Positions 52,609 through 64,000 of a stretch of 64,000 bases of DNA are shown one piece after another. The stretch comes from the human T2T-CHM13v2.0 reference genome, Homo sapiens. The position numbers and the translations under genes are program-made. Position 1 is the stretch's first letter. The number at the start of each line of letters is the position of its first letter. The stretch lies in assembly GCF_009914755.1 (NCBI RefSeq), contig NC_060937.1. One strand, written 5' to 3'. A model generated the notes under the pieces. It saw nothing but the letters and a program-made list of their open reading frames with translations, was not told the origin of the DNA and ran no database searches.

Positions 52609-52628
52609 CTGTGTGTGTGTGTGTGTGT
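52609..52628. repeat. (TG)n microsatellite
   Basis: Read directly. Confidence 0.9.
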
Positions 52629-52630
52629 AT

Positions 52631-52857
52631 CAGTGGCTCTCAATGTGAGAAGGAGGGAATGATGACTTTTTTGCCCCAGAGGATATTTGGCAATGTCTGG
52701 AGACTTTTTTTGTTGATACAACTTGGAGTAGGTGTCCTACTGGCATCTAGTTGTGGAGGCCAGGGATCCTGCTAAAATCCTGTAATGCACAGGCAGCCTC
52801 CATAGCAAAGAATTGTCTGGCCTCCAGTGCCAATAGTGCTAAGGCTGAGAAACCCTG
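52631..52857 (+). mobile_element. MER20, near full length
   Basis: TIRs cagtggctctca / tgagaaaccctg; 'tttggcaatgtctggagac', 'ctactggcatctag', 'gaggccagggatcctgctaaa'. Confidence 0.9.
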
Positions 52858-52889
52858 CTGTACATGAGCCCTGTATTCCTATTTCTGCA

Positions 52890-53200
52890 CTCATTTAATA
52901 CTTTATTGTGCAGCTCACTCTGTACACAACACCTGGTGCAATGAAAAGCACATATTTGTATAAAATATATTCTGACCCATTCAAAAAGCTCACCGTGGAA
53001 TATGGCATATTATACAAAACAGTTATAATTTGAAGTTGAAAATGTTAAGTACAATTAGGGTGATTTGTTAAAAGCACTATATGGATACAGATAGGAGGAG
53101 AGATCATTCATTCTCACTTGGCAGAGATAAGGGAAATCTTCAGTCACGGAGTGAGTGACATTTGAATAAGATTTTAAAGGTGCTAGAGCTATGGCCACAT
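52890..53200 (-). mobile_element. L2 fragment
   Basis: 'ctcatttaatactttattgtgcagctcactctgtac', 'gtgacatttgaataagattttaaagg'. Confidence 0.55.
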
Positions 53201-56200
53201 CATATAAGTATGTGACTACACAAAAATATATACACTTTCAAACACATAAACATGCTTAAAATACCGAGTTTCTTTCATTCGCATCACATTGGGAAGATAA
53301 TACCTCTGCACGGAATTTCTTTCCCTGTTATTTTTGTTGTTTAAGAGAAAATATGCATGGAGATGTCCTATATTATCTGTTACACTGTCACGGAATTTGC
53401 TACTACTCATTGGCCCAAGAGACTTTTACTGACGATCTTGAACTACATTCAGAAGCATTTGAAATCCACCTGACCAAAATGTGATTTTGCACTTCCTTGT
53501 TAAACCAGATCAGCCACAGAATGCATCCCTACTTTTAAATCAGCCGCAGCAGTTCCATTGAGACAACAAAGTCTACACACATGTGGCCTGGTTTATGCAC
53601 CATTTTCCTGCAAATTCGATCTTCATGAGATACCAAGAGTGTATTTTAACTTTTATTTGGGGAAACTGAATAACCTGAATGTTTACCTGCAATGGCATGC
53701 TTAAGAAAATATGATCAAGAAATTTTGGGATCCTTACTAGATAAAAATAGAATCTGTGTACTTTGAAATTAGCAAGATTCAAATGGAATAACGAGCCATA
53801 GGGCTTCCACACTGAGATTCATCCACGCGACTACAGTAAATTAAAATACTTGGGGAAGTGAATCAAGAAGCCTTTATTTTGTTGGAGACTTTTAATCATT
53901 CTAGGATACAAGCCATCTTTCTAAAAATATGTATTTGAATAATCTCAGAAGCTATCGAAAGCATAATAAAGAACATTTTTTCACTGATGCTGAAGTACTA
54001 AATATCTCCTCAAATCATAGCATTTATCCATTTTATAAATATGGACAGACACTATGAGCTATAACTCAAATATACATTGGTTAAAAAAAGAAAAGGTTAA
54101 ACTGTACATACTTAATAATGTCTTATAAGATTGCATGTGTTCCTTGTTTTATGAACCACATTGTTCAATATCATACAAGCTGCACTTTAATCCCAATAAA
54201 AATTTTTTTAAGTGGAAATGACATTAGGACTTTAAGTGAAACAGCAGACCTGGCTCCCCCACGCTGCCACGTCAGCTGTTTCTAACTTGCCGATACAGAT
54301 CTGCACTGCCTGTCGCAACTTAGGTCAGAACCAATGTTTGGTTTGCTACCTCAGAGAAGTAATAACCCTTAGAACTGCCTGGCTAGATAAATATCTGATT
54401 AACGAAAAGTCTAAATGAATCTGAAGATGGTTTGTCCACCCACACATGTAAAACTGTTTATGACTCCAGCCTTCCTGCAAGGTTTGAGGAAGACGGGAAA
54501 ATTAATGTAGGCCATGGAGAAAGGCAGAAGGCCCCAGCAAACCGAGTTTCAAACTGTCGAACTTTTCAGCTGTGTGTTTTTTATATGTTAAATATGGTTC
54601 AGAAGATTAAAGTCTTCATTTTAGGCAAAGAAAGGAAATAATGTTTCCTGTCCCATTTGCCAAGCTAAGTGAACAACTGTTCCTGCACAATTAGAATTGT
54701 TAATTGATTTGAAAACATAGGGCTTTGAAGGTGGAAAACTGCTGACATTATTTCAATGGGGAAATGCACTCCTGAGAGAGAGTACTGCAGTACAATTTCT
54801 CTCCTTGTTTTGTTGAATATACATCTATAAAAACACTGTGAATCATGCAGTAAAAACTGCTGTGCTGATATCATAAATCTCTGATAATAAAAATTTCATT
54901 GTTGAAACAATAAAATAGACTTTTATTATAACACAGAGTATCCACCTAAACATTGTCCTTTTAGCTTCTTCGAGTTAAATGTATGCACAGTTTTACAGTC
55001 TATAAACAGATCTGGAATAAAAGTTAATAAATGTCAAAATTTGCATTTCAAAAAATTCTTGCTGCATTTTAGGGAAGATCAATCTATGAACCTTTCAACA
55101 TTATGTCAAATGAAATGCTAATTGTACCTTTAGGAATTTCAGAGACAGTGACAAGAAACTAAATGCTCTGTTCCTTTGCATCAGCAAGTCGAGGATAATT
55201 GTATATCTACTCTTGTGAACTTCGAAGAAAAAAAAACTGAGAAAAAGGGTTTTCTATTCTTTAACTCAGGAGGGTAAACTCCTTCAGCCACCCTCCATCA
55301 ATCTACCTTCAAATAAAGTGTGTTAACATGTTGACAGTGGACAAATCACACAGTGCTGCATTTATTCATTTTATAATAGGTTTGTCAAATGAGCTTCAGT
55401 TAAAGAGATTTAAGAGTAAGAAAAATTTTCAGCCAGAAATAACCGACTTATTCCATTCAAATTGATGTAAGGTTTAAAGGTGTACTTCTTAAAAGCCTAA
55501 TCTTTATTAAAATGCACAATTTTTGAAGGGTAAGTCACAAAAATAAATACCAGGAGCCCCAAAAGTGCTTTTATTTTCCCTACCCTTAAGATAAAACCCT
55601 AATACATCCCTTCTCTTTTCTGTAATAAATCTTAGCACTGTATCTCTAAGAGATACAAATTATGCTCTATACTGTCTTGCAAGTGTGAGTATGGATTGAA
55701 CCAATGAGCAATGTTATCTAGAAAATAGCACTTAGTGTAAGGTTTGTACCATTTTTTTGAACATTATCCTATTTGTGGCACTGCCTTCATTTCAGAGGCA
55801 GGCTGCTGAAATATTTGGCACACCTACCCAGCAGTGAAAAACGAAGGTCTGTGCAATTGAGAGACAGCTCATGTTGTTAACCTGCAGCGTTTGGTCACCT
55901 ATCACCACTTTAAAAGTAAAATAGGCATTTTCACCTTCTTCAAATACCATTATAGATAGTGTTGAGTCAAAAGCAAAGATTGCTCCCCTCCACATTTCTG
56001 GATCTTCCTATTGATATGTATTAGGAATATAAGGCAAAACCACTTCAAGCGTTTAAAAGACTTCATTTACAAAGTATATTACACAGGGCCATTTTCAGGC
56101 TCATATCGGACAGCCAATTTGTAATCCTGCTGCTCCTATGAAAGAAAAACTCCCGAGCGTTCTTAAAGAACAGTCACAATTTGATTTAATAAATCCTGCA

Positions 56201-59200
56201 TTTTGGAAAATTCAGACGGAAATAATACGTATTTCTCGCTTGCTTGGATGACACTACTTTGTACAAACTCTAAGTTGCCCAAAAATATATATATTTTAGG
56301 TCCTAATTTTACTCTCCAGATTTTTTCACTTAATTGATGAAGATATTTTATCTTTTATCCTGGTAATTCTTAACAACAGTTGGTATTCTCTATAAATTAT
56401 AAAAATGAAAATATATTTAACAAAAACATGTAAATAAATTAGCAGAAGCATTTATAAGCATTATCACGAAACAAAACTTCAATTTACTTCAGATGTCGAC
56501 GTTTTCAATACAGTGAGCAACTCTGCGATCGTTTATTATTAGTATTCTTTTGCACATATGATTTGTACAATTGGCTATGGATTCTATTTAATTTATAGTT
56601 ATAAAACAGTACATCTTTAGGGGTAATGAAACAATAAGGAATAAAATAGCATGTACCTGCTTTAGAAAAGCTTACTATATAAGAGGAATTTCTAGGTGTA
56701 TATATTATGAACAATTGGTCCAGTATAAGAAAACAGTAACATTTTACATACGTAATGTTTTCCAGAAATTTCCCAACTCTTTCTAATATGTACAATTCCC
56801 AAAATAAATGCAGAGCTAGTAGCTGTTCTGAGGAATCTTCAAGCAAATTTTTCAATACTAGCTTTGTTATTAATCATCCCAATTTTGTTCATGTTGTATT
56901 ACATTGGGGAAAAATAGTTGTACAATGAACAAGTATACTACTAAACAAAATGCTCATCTTTTTCTTAAGAGTCAAAACGGAAGGCTAATAAAGACCATTT
57001 AAAATAAAAGGGCCCATTACTCCTCAGTTTTATATGAGCTTACATGCTTTCATTGTGCAGAGTGTGTTATTAATTTAACATGCCAGATTCATAGGTTTCT
57101 GCAATATCAGGTTTGATGTATTCATTATCGGCACTCAGTACATTAATTCACGCTGAGGTCCGGTAAATCAAAATTATACCATCTGGCTTCCTGTTCTTAA
57201 TGATGAATTTGATGTAGGGGTGATTAAGATTGTTAGGCTTTTGAATTTTAATGTAAAAATTAGGGGATTAAAAAGGCATTTAGAAATGACCAATAGTTAG
57301 AATAAACTTACTGACAGGATCTAATTTGTGTACTTGCTAGTAAAGCTCCATTTTAATTAGCAGCCACAGTCTTTCAGCACAAGCTCAAAGAGACAGAAGT
57401 TTAGTGATTAAGAAGATGAAGCTGTTAAATTGATAAATTGACCTTGAAATACTTGTAACTGTGGGGGATGGCCCAGTAACTCAAACTGTTAGTGTGTTGC
57501 ATTGCCACACGGGGAACTGAGTCCAAGAGTGACCCCGGACACTGAATTTTGCTTTTTTATTCTCTTCTTCCTCCTCCTCCTTCGTCTCTGTTTTTTAGTT
57601 GGCATGCACCATTCTCATCTTGCAGGTAGGGGCTGGAAATCAGAGATAAACAAATACAGAACTCTGCAGACGTATCAGTTGGCACTACAGTAGGAAGGTG
57701 AAGATTCCATCACTGTTTCAGAGCTCCTTGACAGGTGAATTTGAAAAGTATGTCTAAACCTGAAAGCATTGTATTGGTCCTCTAGGTTTCCTGCTATAAT
57801 GATGCTATACACACGCAGTGAGGTGTCTGGGAGGAAGACACTCGAGGAGTGACTCACTCAGGAAATCTAGGGCACAGCCACCAAGAGTCCCCCTCTTTCA
57901 CCATATTTCAAAAGAGGAGCTCCTGAAATGGAAGATTTTGAAATATCCACAACATAGAGATGTATATAACACACAGTCATTGCACTCAAATTTGACATGA
58001 GACTTCTTTTAATTGAAAGACCAATCTGACATGGATGTTCCTTTGACAGTTAAAATTACCTCTGATTTTAACAAAAGCACTTGAAATGTTACACCGAACT
58101 CATTACACCTTTTCTGCATAAAGAAGTTTAATAGTTAAAACAAGTTAAGACAGAATAGAATCTTAATGTACAATATTATTAGAATAATATAAAGAAACAT
58201 CCTCATTTTTTCAAAGACATAGAGATAAAAGTGCAAAAAGCCATACAATAGAAAAGTAAGGTTCAAAATAGAATTATTTCCTGAGAAGGAAAAAAAAAAT
58301 GACTACCTGGTGTGGTCTCATAAAATGAGGTGCCTTAGGTCCTGTGAAATTAATAAAGGTAGTCACTAATGCACTAAAATAAAATACAGTCAGAATGACT
58401 TACATCAGAAAACAAGTACATCTGTATATATCAACAATTTGAAGGATTCTGATTGCTGGCAAGTCAAGGAATATTTTAAATCTTATATTTTAGAGGAAAT
58501 CGAATCTTGACTAACCACTGCAATTTATGTCATTTTAAATAAGATATATTTGAATAAGTATATTTTTCATGCCCTAAAAAGACTGATGTCTTCTTTTATA
58601 AGCTCATCCTGTGACACAGTTGAGTAGGTAGGTATATTGATTTTTTTTTCTTTTTCTGATGGCAATGAAGTGTAAATGGAAAATATCAGACTTGGCAATC
58701 ACTTAAACCATGTGAAAATTTCAGAGTGAAGGCTATTAGAGTCACTTTGTGATCTCCCCAGATGACCAGAGGGAGGGGGGAGGGAAGAAAAAAAAACATT
58801 TCTACATTTCTTCAGATCCTTTGTGTGACAGCTAAGGAGAATAACATTCTTTCTAATACGCCAGTTTTCGTCTCTAGTTGAGAATAACCTCAGTGCTTTC
58901 TTATGTCACTGGCTGAGAGAAGATGAAAGACCCAGCCTTGTGTAAATGGCTTTGTCTAACCATCAGTCTTTAGCTCTGCATGGCAGCTGTACTATTGACA
59001 TTAGCTTGTGCACTGGGTGAAATTGAAGTGAGTTAAATGTGACCTTGGCTTAGTTGTTGAAGTAGAAATGAACTCTACTGGGAGTGAAAAAAAATAAGAC
59101 CAGTTTCTCTAACTTCATTTTTTCTTTAATGAGTTTAACAGCACTCTTAGGATTTGATACATTTTATAAAAACGCTTTATTTCCTTTTCTATTATATACT

Positions 59201-59685
59201 GGGTAATCAGCATTTAGTAAGGTTAGCTTGCCCTTTTGTTATGAAATCCTTGTCTTAGGTATTTATATGCTATATTCTTTTTTAAATGGCACACTTATTT
59301 TCCCTTTCCTCCCCTTATTAGTCATAACCACATAAATATGAACTGAAAGTTTTCAGGCATATATGTCCAGTGACTTCTTAATACATACTAGACCACTGAA
59401 ACATTTTTAAATGCTCAGTGTTTCTGATGACATTGCATTGTCTTGTCCACTAGGTTACATGTGCTCTCACTAAACAACCTGCTGGTAAATCAAGTGCAGT
59501 GAATATGTGAGACCTGCAGGTAGACAGGCTAGGCTGGAACACTTCTAACACTGCAGCTCCTTTGTTTTTCAAAAACAGCAGGAGATAGTGTTTGCATCAC
59601 AGGTAAAACAGCATCGATTATATTTTCTGATGGAGACAATTCAGGAAGTCTTTGGAGTTTCATTTCTATTTTGAGTATTCCTAAT

Positions 59686-59796
59686 GCATACATACATGTA
59701 TATGCATAAATACACTGATTTTATGTTTATATGCATATATATTTATGTGTATATATATATATGTGTGTATAGGTGAGTGTGATATATGTACATATT
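59686..59796. repeat. Degenerate (TA)/(TG) low-complexity tract
   Basis: 'gcatatatatatttatgtgtatatatatatatgtgtgtat'. Confidence 0.85.
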
Positions 59797-60075
59797 ATTT
59801 TAGCTTGCAATAATGATACATGAGCCACATCTCAGACATTTCAAGTTCAGTTATTGTCATGAAATTTATCAAAGATGCTCATGATGGGAGTTTTAATTAG
59901 CCTATCTAATTAAACTTGAGCCAGCACAATCTATTCTTATATTTTCCCATTCATATTTCACTAATACTGCATTTCTATCACTGGCCTATAGTGATATCAC
60001 TGTTGGGTATACATGGAGCCTGCACATTCAGCTTCTGTCTTTAATCATCTCTATACTAATTTAACACTCCAAACA

Positions 60076-61252
<1,177 letters not shown>

Positions 61253-61269
61253 TCTTTTCTTTCACTCTG

Positions 61270-61722
61270 TTTTTGGTGAAATAATATCTTCCCAAAGATA
61301 TCTACATTCAAATCCTTGGAACCTGCTAATATGTTTGTTACCTTATGTGGCAAAGGGACTTTGCAGTTGTGATTAAGGTAAGGATCTTGAGATGAGGAAG
61401 TTATACCTGATTACTGGCCATGTCCAATGTAATCACAATGGTCCTTATAAGAGGGGGACAGGGAGGCCAAAGTCAGAGAGGGAGCTGTGACAACAGAAGC
61501 AAGGTTGAAGTGGTGCAGGGCCATGAGCCAGGTTTCCAGCAACCTCTAGAAGCTGGAAAAGGCCAGGAAGGAAACAAATTGTCCCCTAGAGCCTCTAGAG
61601 GGAACACAGCCTGCCAACCTAATTTTAGACTTCTGATGTCCAGAATTGTAAGATAATAAATTTGTGTTGTTTCAAATCACTACATTTGTGATAATTTGTT
61701 ACAACAACAAAAAACTAATACA
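61270..61722 (+). mobile_element. MaLR solo LTR, MLT1D-like
   Basis: 'ccttatgtggcaaagggactttgcag', 'caatgtaatcacaatggtccttataagaggg', 'ctagaagctggaaaaggc', 'ataataaatttgtgttgtt...aaactaataca'. Confidence 0.88.
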
Positions 61723-62479
61723 TTGATGAACATATATTTCGGTTATTTGTGCACAGCAATATACACTGGCATAGTTGCCAATCATTTAAGTCATTTGTTT
61801 AGTAATTACTGTTTTCTTACCTTTTCACATTCATGCTCAAGTAACTATAGAATTCATAGTTATCTTGTTTAGGAACGGTTCAATGGTAAATTTAAAAAAA
61901 TCTCAAACAAGAAATCATCACAGTCTTTAGAAATAGATGACAAATTGGAAAGCCTGTCAGCAACTCTGCACGTACCTAGCCATAAAAAGAAAATGTCGTG
62001 ACCATCTGCAGAAGGTCAAAACAGTGTGAACAGAGAAGTGGGAAAAAACCTACTTAAAGTGTTGTAGGACAACGCCACTGTGGATAGCTGGCCAGATACA
62101 ATTCCTTCCAGAGCACAGGGTCAGAACTGTTTACGGTGGGCCTTTTAGGCAAATTGAAGAAGGGATGGGGCCAGGAGGTTTGTGATAGACCAAACCTGAT
62201 ACTGCTGACTCACACAGGGGTTTCTCAGGGGTTGGGCAACAGAAAAGATTACCAAAGCTTATAAGGCTAGAACTAGAGACAGTTGCTATATTTATGCTTG
62301 TGCATGTATTTGCTTACAGAGTATATCATGAATTTGGAGAAAAAGCTAACTAGGTCAGGGGTGAAGCGCTCCGCCTTCAGGCTGTGCCTTGTATCTGGTC
62401 AGAGACTTGGGCTCAATGGGCTATGCTCTTACCTCCCCATCTCTGCTGAAAAAGTGCATGTTCAGTGAGGTGCATTAGA

Positions 62480-62745
62480 ACCCCCGAGTCCCCCACGGGG
62501 AGGACCATTACTGGTCCAAGGCCTGTTAGGAACTGGGCCACACAGCAGGAGGTGAGCAGGGGCCAGCTAGCATGACCGTCTGAGCTCCACCTCGTGTCAC
62601 ATCAGTGCGAACCCTATTGTGAACTGGGCATGGGAGGGATCTAGGTTGCTGCTCCTTATGGGACTCTAATGTCTGATGATCTGAGGTGGAACAGTTTCAT
62701 CTGGAAACCATTCCCCGCCAAGAGCTCCCCCGCAACCCCCGACCC
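62480..62745 (+). mobile_element. MER1B-like hAT-Charlie element (internally deleted)
   Basis: 'ggcctgttaggaactgggccacacagcaggaggtgagc', 'gaaccctattgtgaactg', 'ctaatgtctgatgatctgaggtggaacagtttcatc'. Confidence 0.85.
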
Positions 62746-62829
62746 TGCATTAGCACAATAGACAGAGCAGGGACTTTGGACTTTTAAAGCAGACACACCA
62801 CAGAGGAAACCCCAAAACTGTGTTTGAAT

Positions 62830-62985
62830 GTTTCCCAATTTCTCTGAACCTCACTTTTCTGCCAAACAGGGCTACTAACGCCATCTTCATAGGATTCTTA
62901 TGGGGGTTAAAAGAAATAAGCTAAGAAAAGTATCTAACGAAGGCTGGCATGTAGAAGTTGCTCAGTAAATACGAGTTTCTTTCAT
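62830..62985 (+). mobile_element. MIR fragment
   Basis: 'ttctctgaacctcacttttct', 'tcataggattcttatgggggttaaaag', 'ctggcatgtagaagttgctcagtaaat'. Confidence 0.7.
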
Positions 62986-64000
62986 TTATCCTAGGTTTCA
63001 GTGAAAGGAGAGAGCTATGATCATTTTGAATTGTCAGGTGGCCTGAAGTTAACTATTCTTCCATACACACATTATTGGGGGTTCTCCTTGACTTTTCACA
63101 GCCTTATTTCATCTGGCTTCCTCCCTCATCATCATCATCTTTGTGTACTTAGCATTCTGAAGACCTAATAAAGATATTCACACCCTTCAATTCTCTTCTT
63201 GAATCAGTAGAACAGAACCACATGTATAATATTCTCAATTACCCTTCTCCAATTCCATTTACAGAGAAAAGAAAAGAGAAAATATTTATTTGATATTTAC
63301 TTCATTCCAAGCACAGTGCCATGTATTTTCAAATATACTGAAATATCATTTATATATGTTATATATGTAAGCCAGTTGAGTTTTTAATATATATATATAC
63401 ACATACATATATATGTATAAAATCTGAATATTTAAAATGGCAGATAAATATATTACTTCATTATGTGACAAGATCATACAGTTTTTGGTATCTTCACATA
63501 ATCTTATTGGTTGCTCTACAGGTAGTAAAGTAAAAAAATCTGTAAAATGATGAAATCTTTTTGGAAAATTAATTATCAGTTGATTGTAAAATGGTTTTAG
63601 GAAAGAGAATACATTATTAGAGTGCCAAGATATCAAAGACATGAATTTAAAAGAGAACCACATATAACTGCTATAATCTTTTCAACATTAGGCTGACATA
63701 ATTTGGATGCTCATTTATCAAGTAGATGGTAGGAGTGAAAAAAAATTTTAACTGCTCTTCTATATACATATAATGTGCAATGATTTTTCAGCTGGTCAGT
63801 GTCCACCCCTGGAGTGTGTTCAGGGATGTATAGGGGGCATCAGAGTAACTCAAGGGCTTTTCAAATTGTACCCACTCTCATCCAGATTTTGCTAAATTCC
63901 CTCAAGGCAAGAAATATCTGCTCACATTTAGTTGAAGGAGTACACTGGAATATCCAGAGGAATCACATTGCACCCTACCCCAACAGAAATGGTTAAATGC

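Noticed and set aside
56505-56855. 116-aa minus-strand ORF in the TE-free block
   Set aside because: Non-ATG start, composition dominated by AT-rich codons (Y/F/I/N/K), no motif
58771-58784. GGGAGGGGGGAGGG as a G-quadruplex or CTCF site
   Set aside because: Only three separable G-tracts and a poor match to the CTCF core

Overview
This window is AT-rich, CpG-poor primate (most likely human) nuclear DNA. It carries AluY/Sc/J, L1PA/PB/M, L2, MIR, HAL1, CR1/L3, MaLR/ERV1/ERVL solo LTRs and hAT/Tigger MITEs. I see no protein-coding gene, RNA gene, CpG island or CRISPR-like array, and I cannot name the locus. Almost all listed ORFs are chance or repeat-derived; the only real protein homology is an L1 ORF2p C-terminal fragment. 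Best leads: (i) a ~6.5 kb almost transposon-free block (53.2-59.7 kb) with CpG-retaining, homeodomain-motif-rich segments resembling conserved enhancers; (ii) several well-formed + strand candidate exons, including a 48-nt exon, a 77+275-nt pair and a 27-nt microexon/recursive-splice-like site; (iii) three consecutive hairpins at 23.5 kb; (iv) twin X-box-like motifs plus a TATA box at 40 kb; (v) structural fossils: a twin-primed inverted L1PA, an inverted triplication in a nested MER57 LTR, an old local duplication and a deletion junction occupied by an AluY. Repeat family names are recalled from consensus sequences and boundaries of old repeats are approximate. Nothing was run against a database, and no novel biological system is demonstrated.
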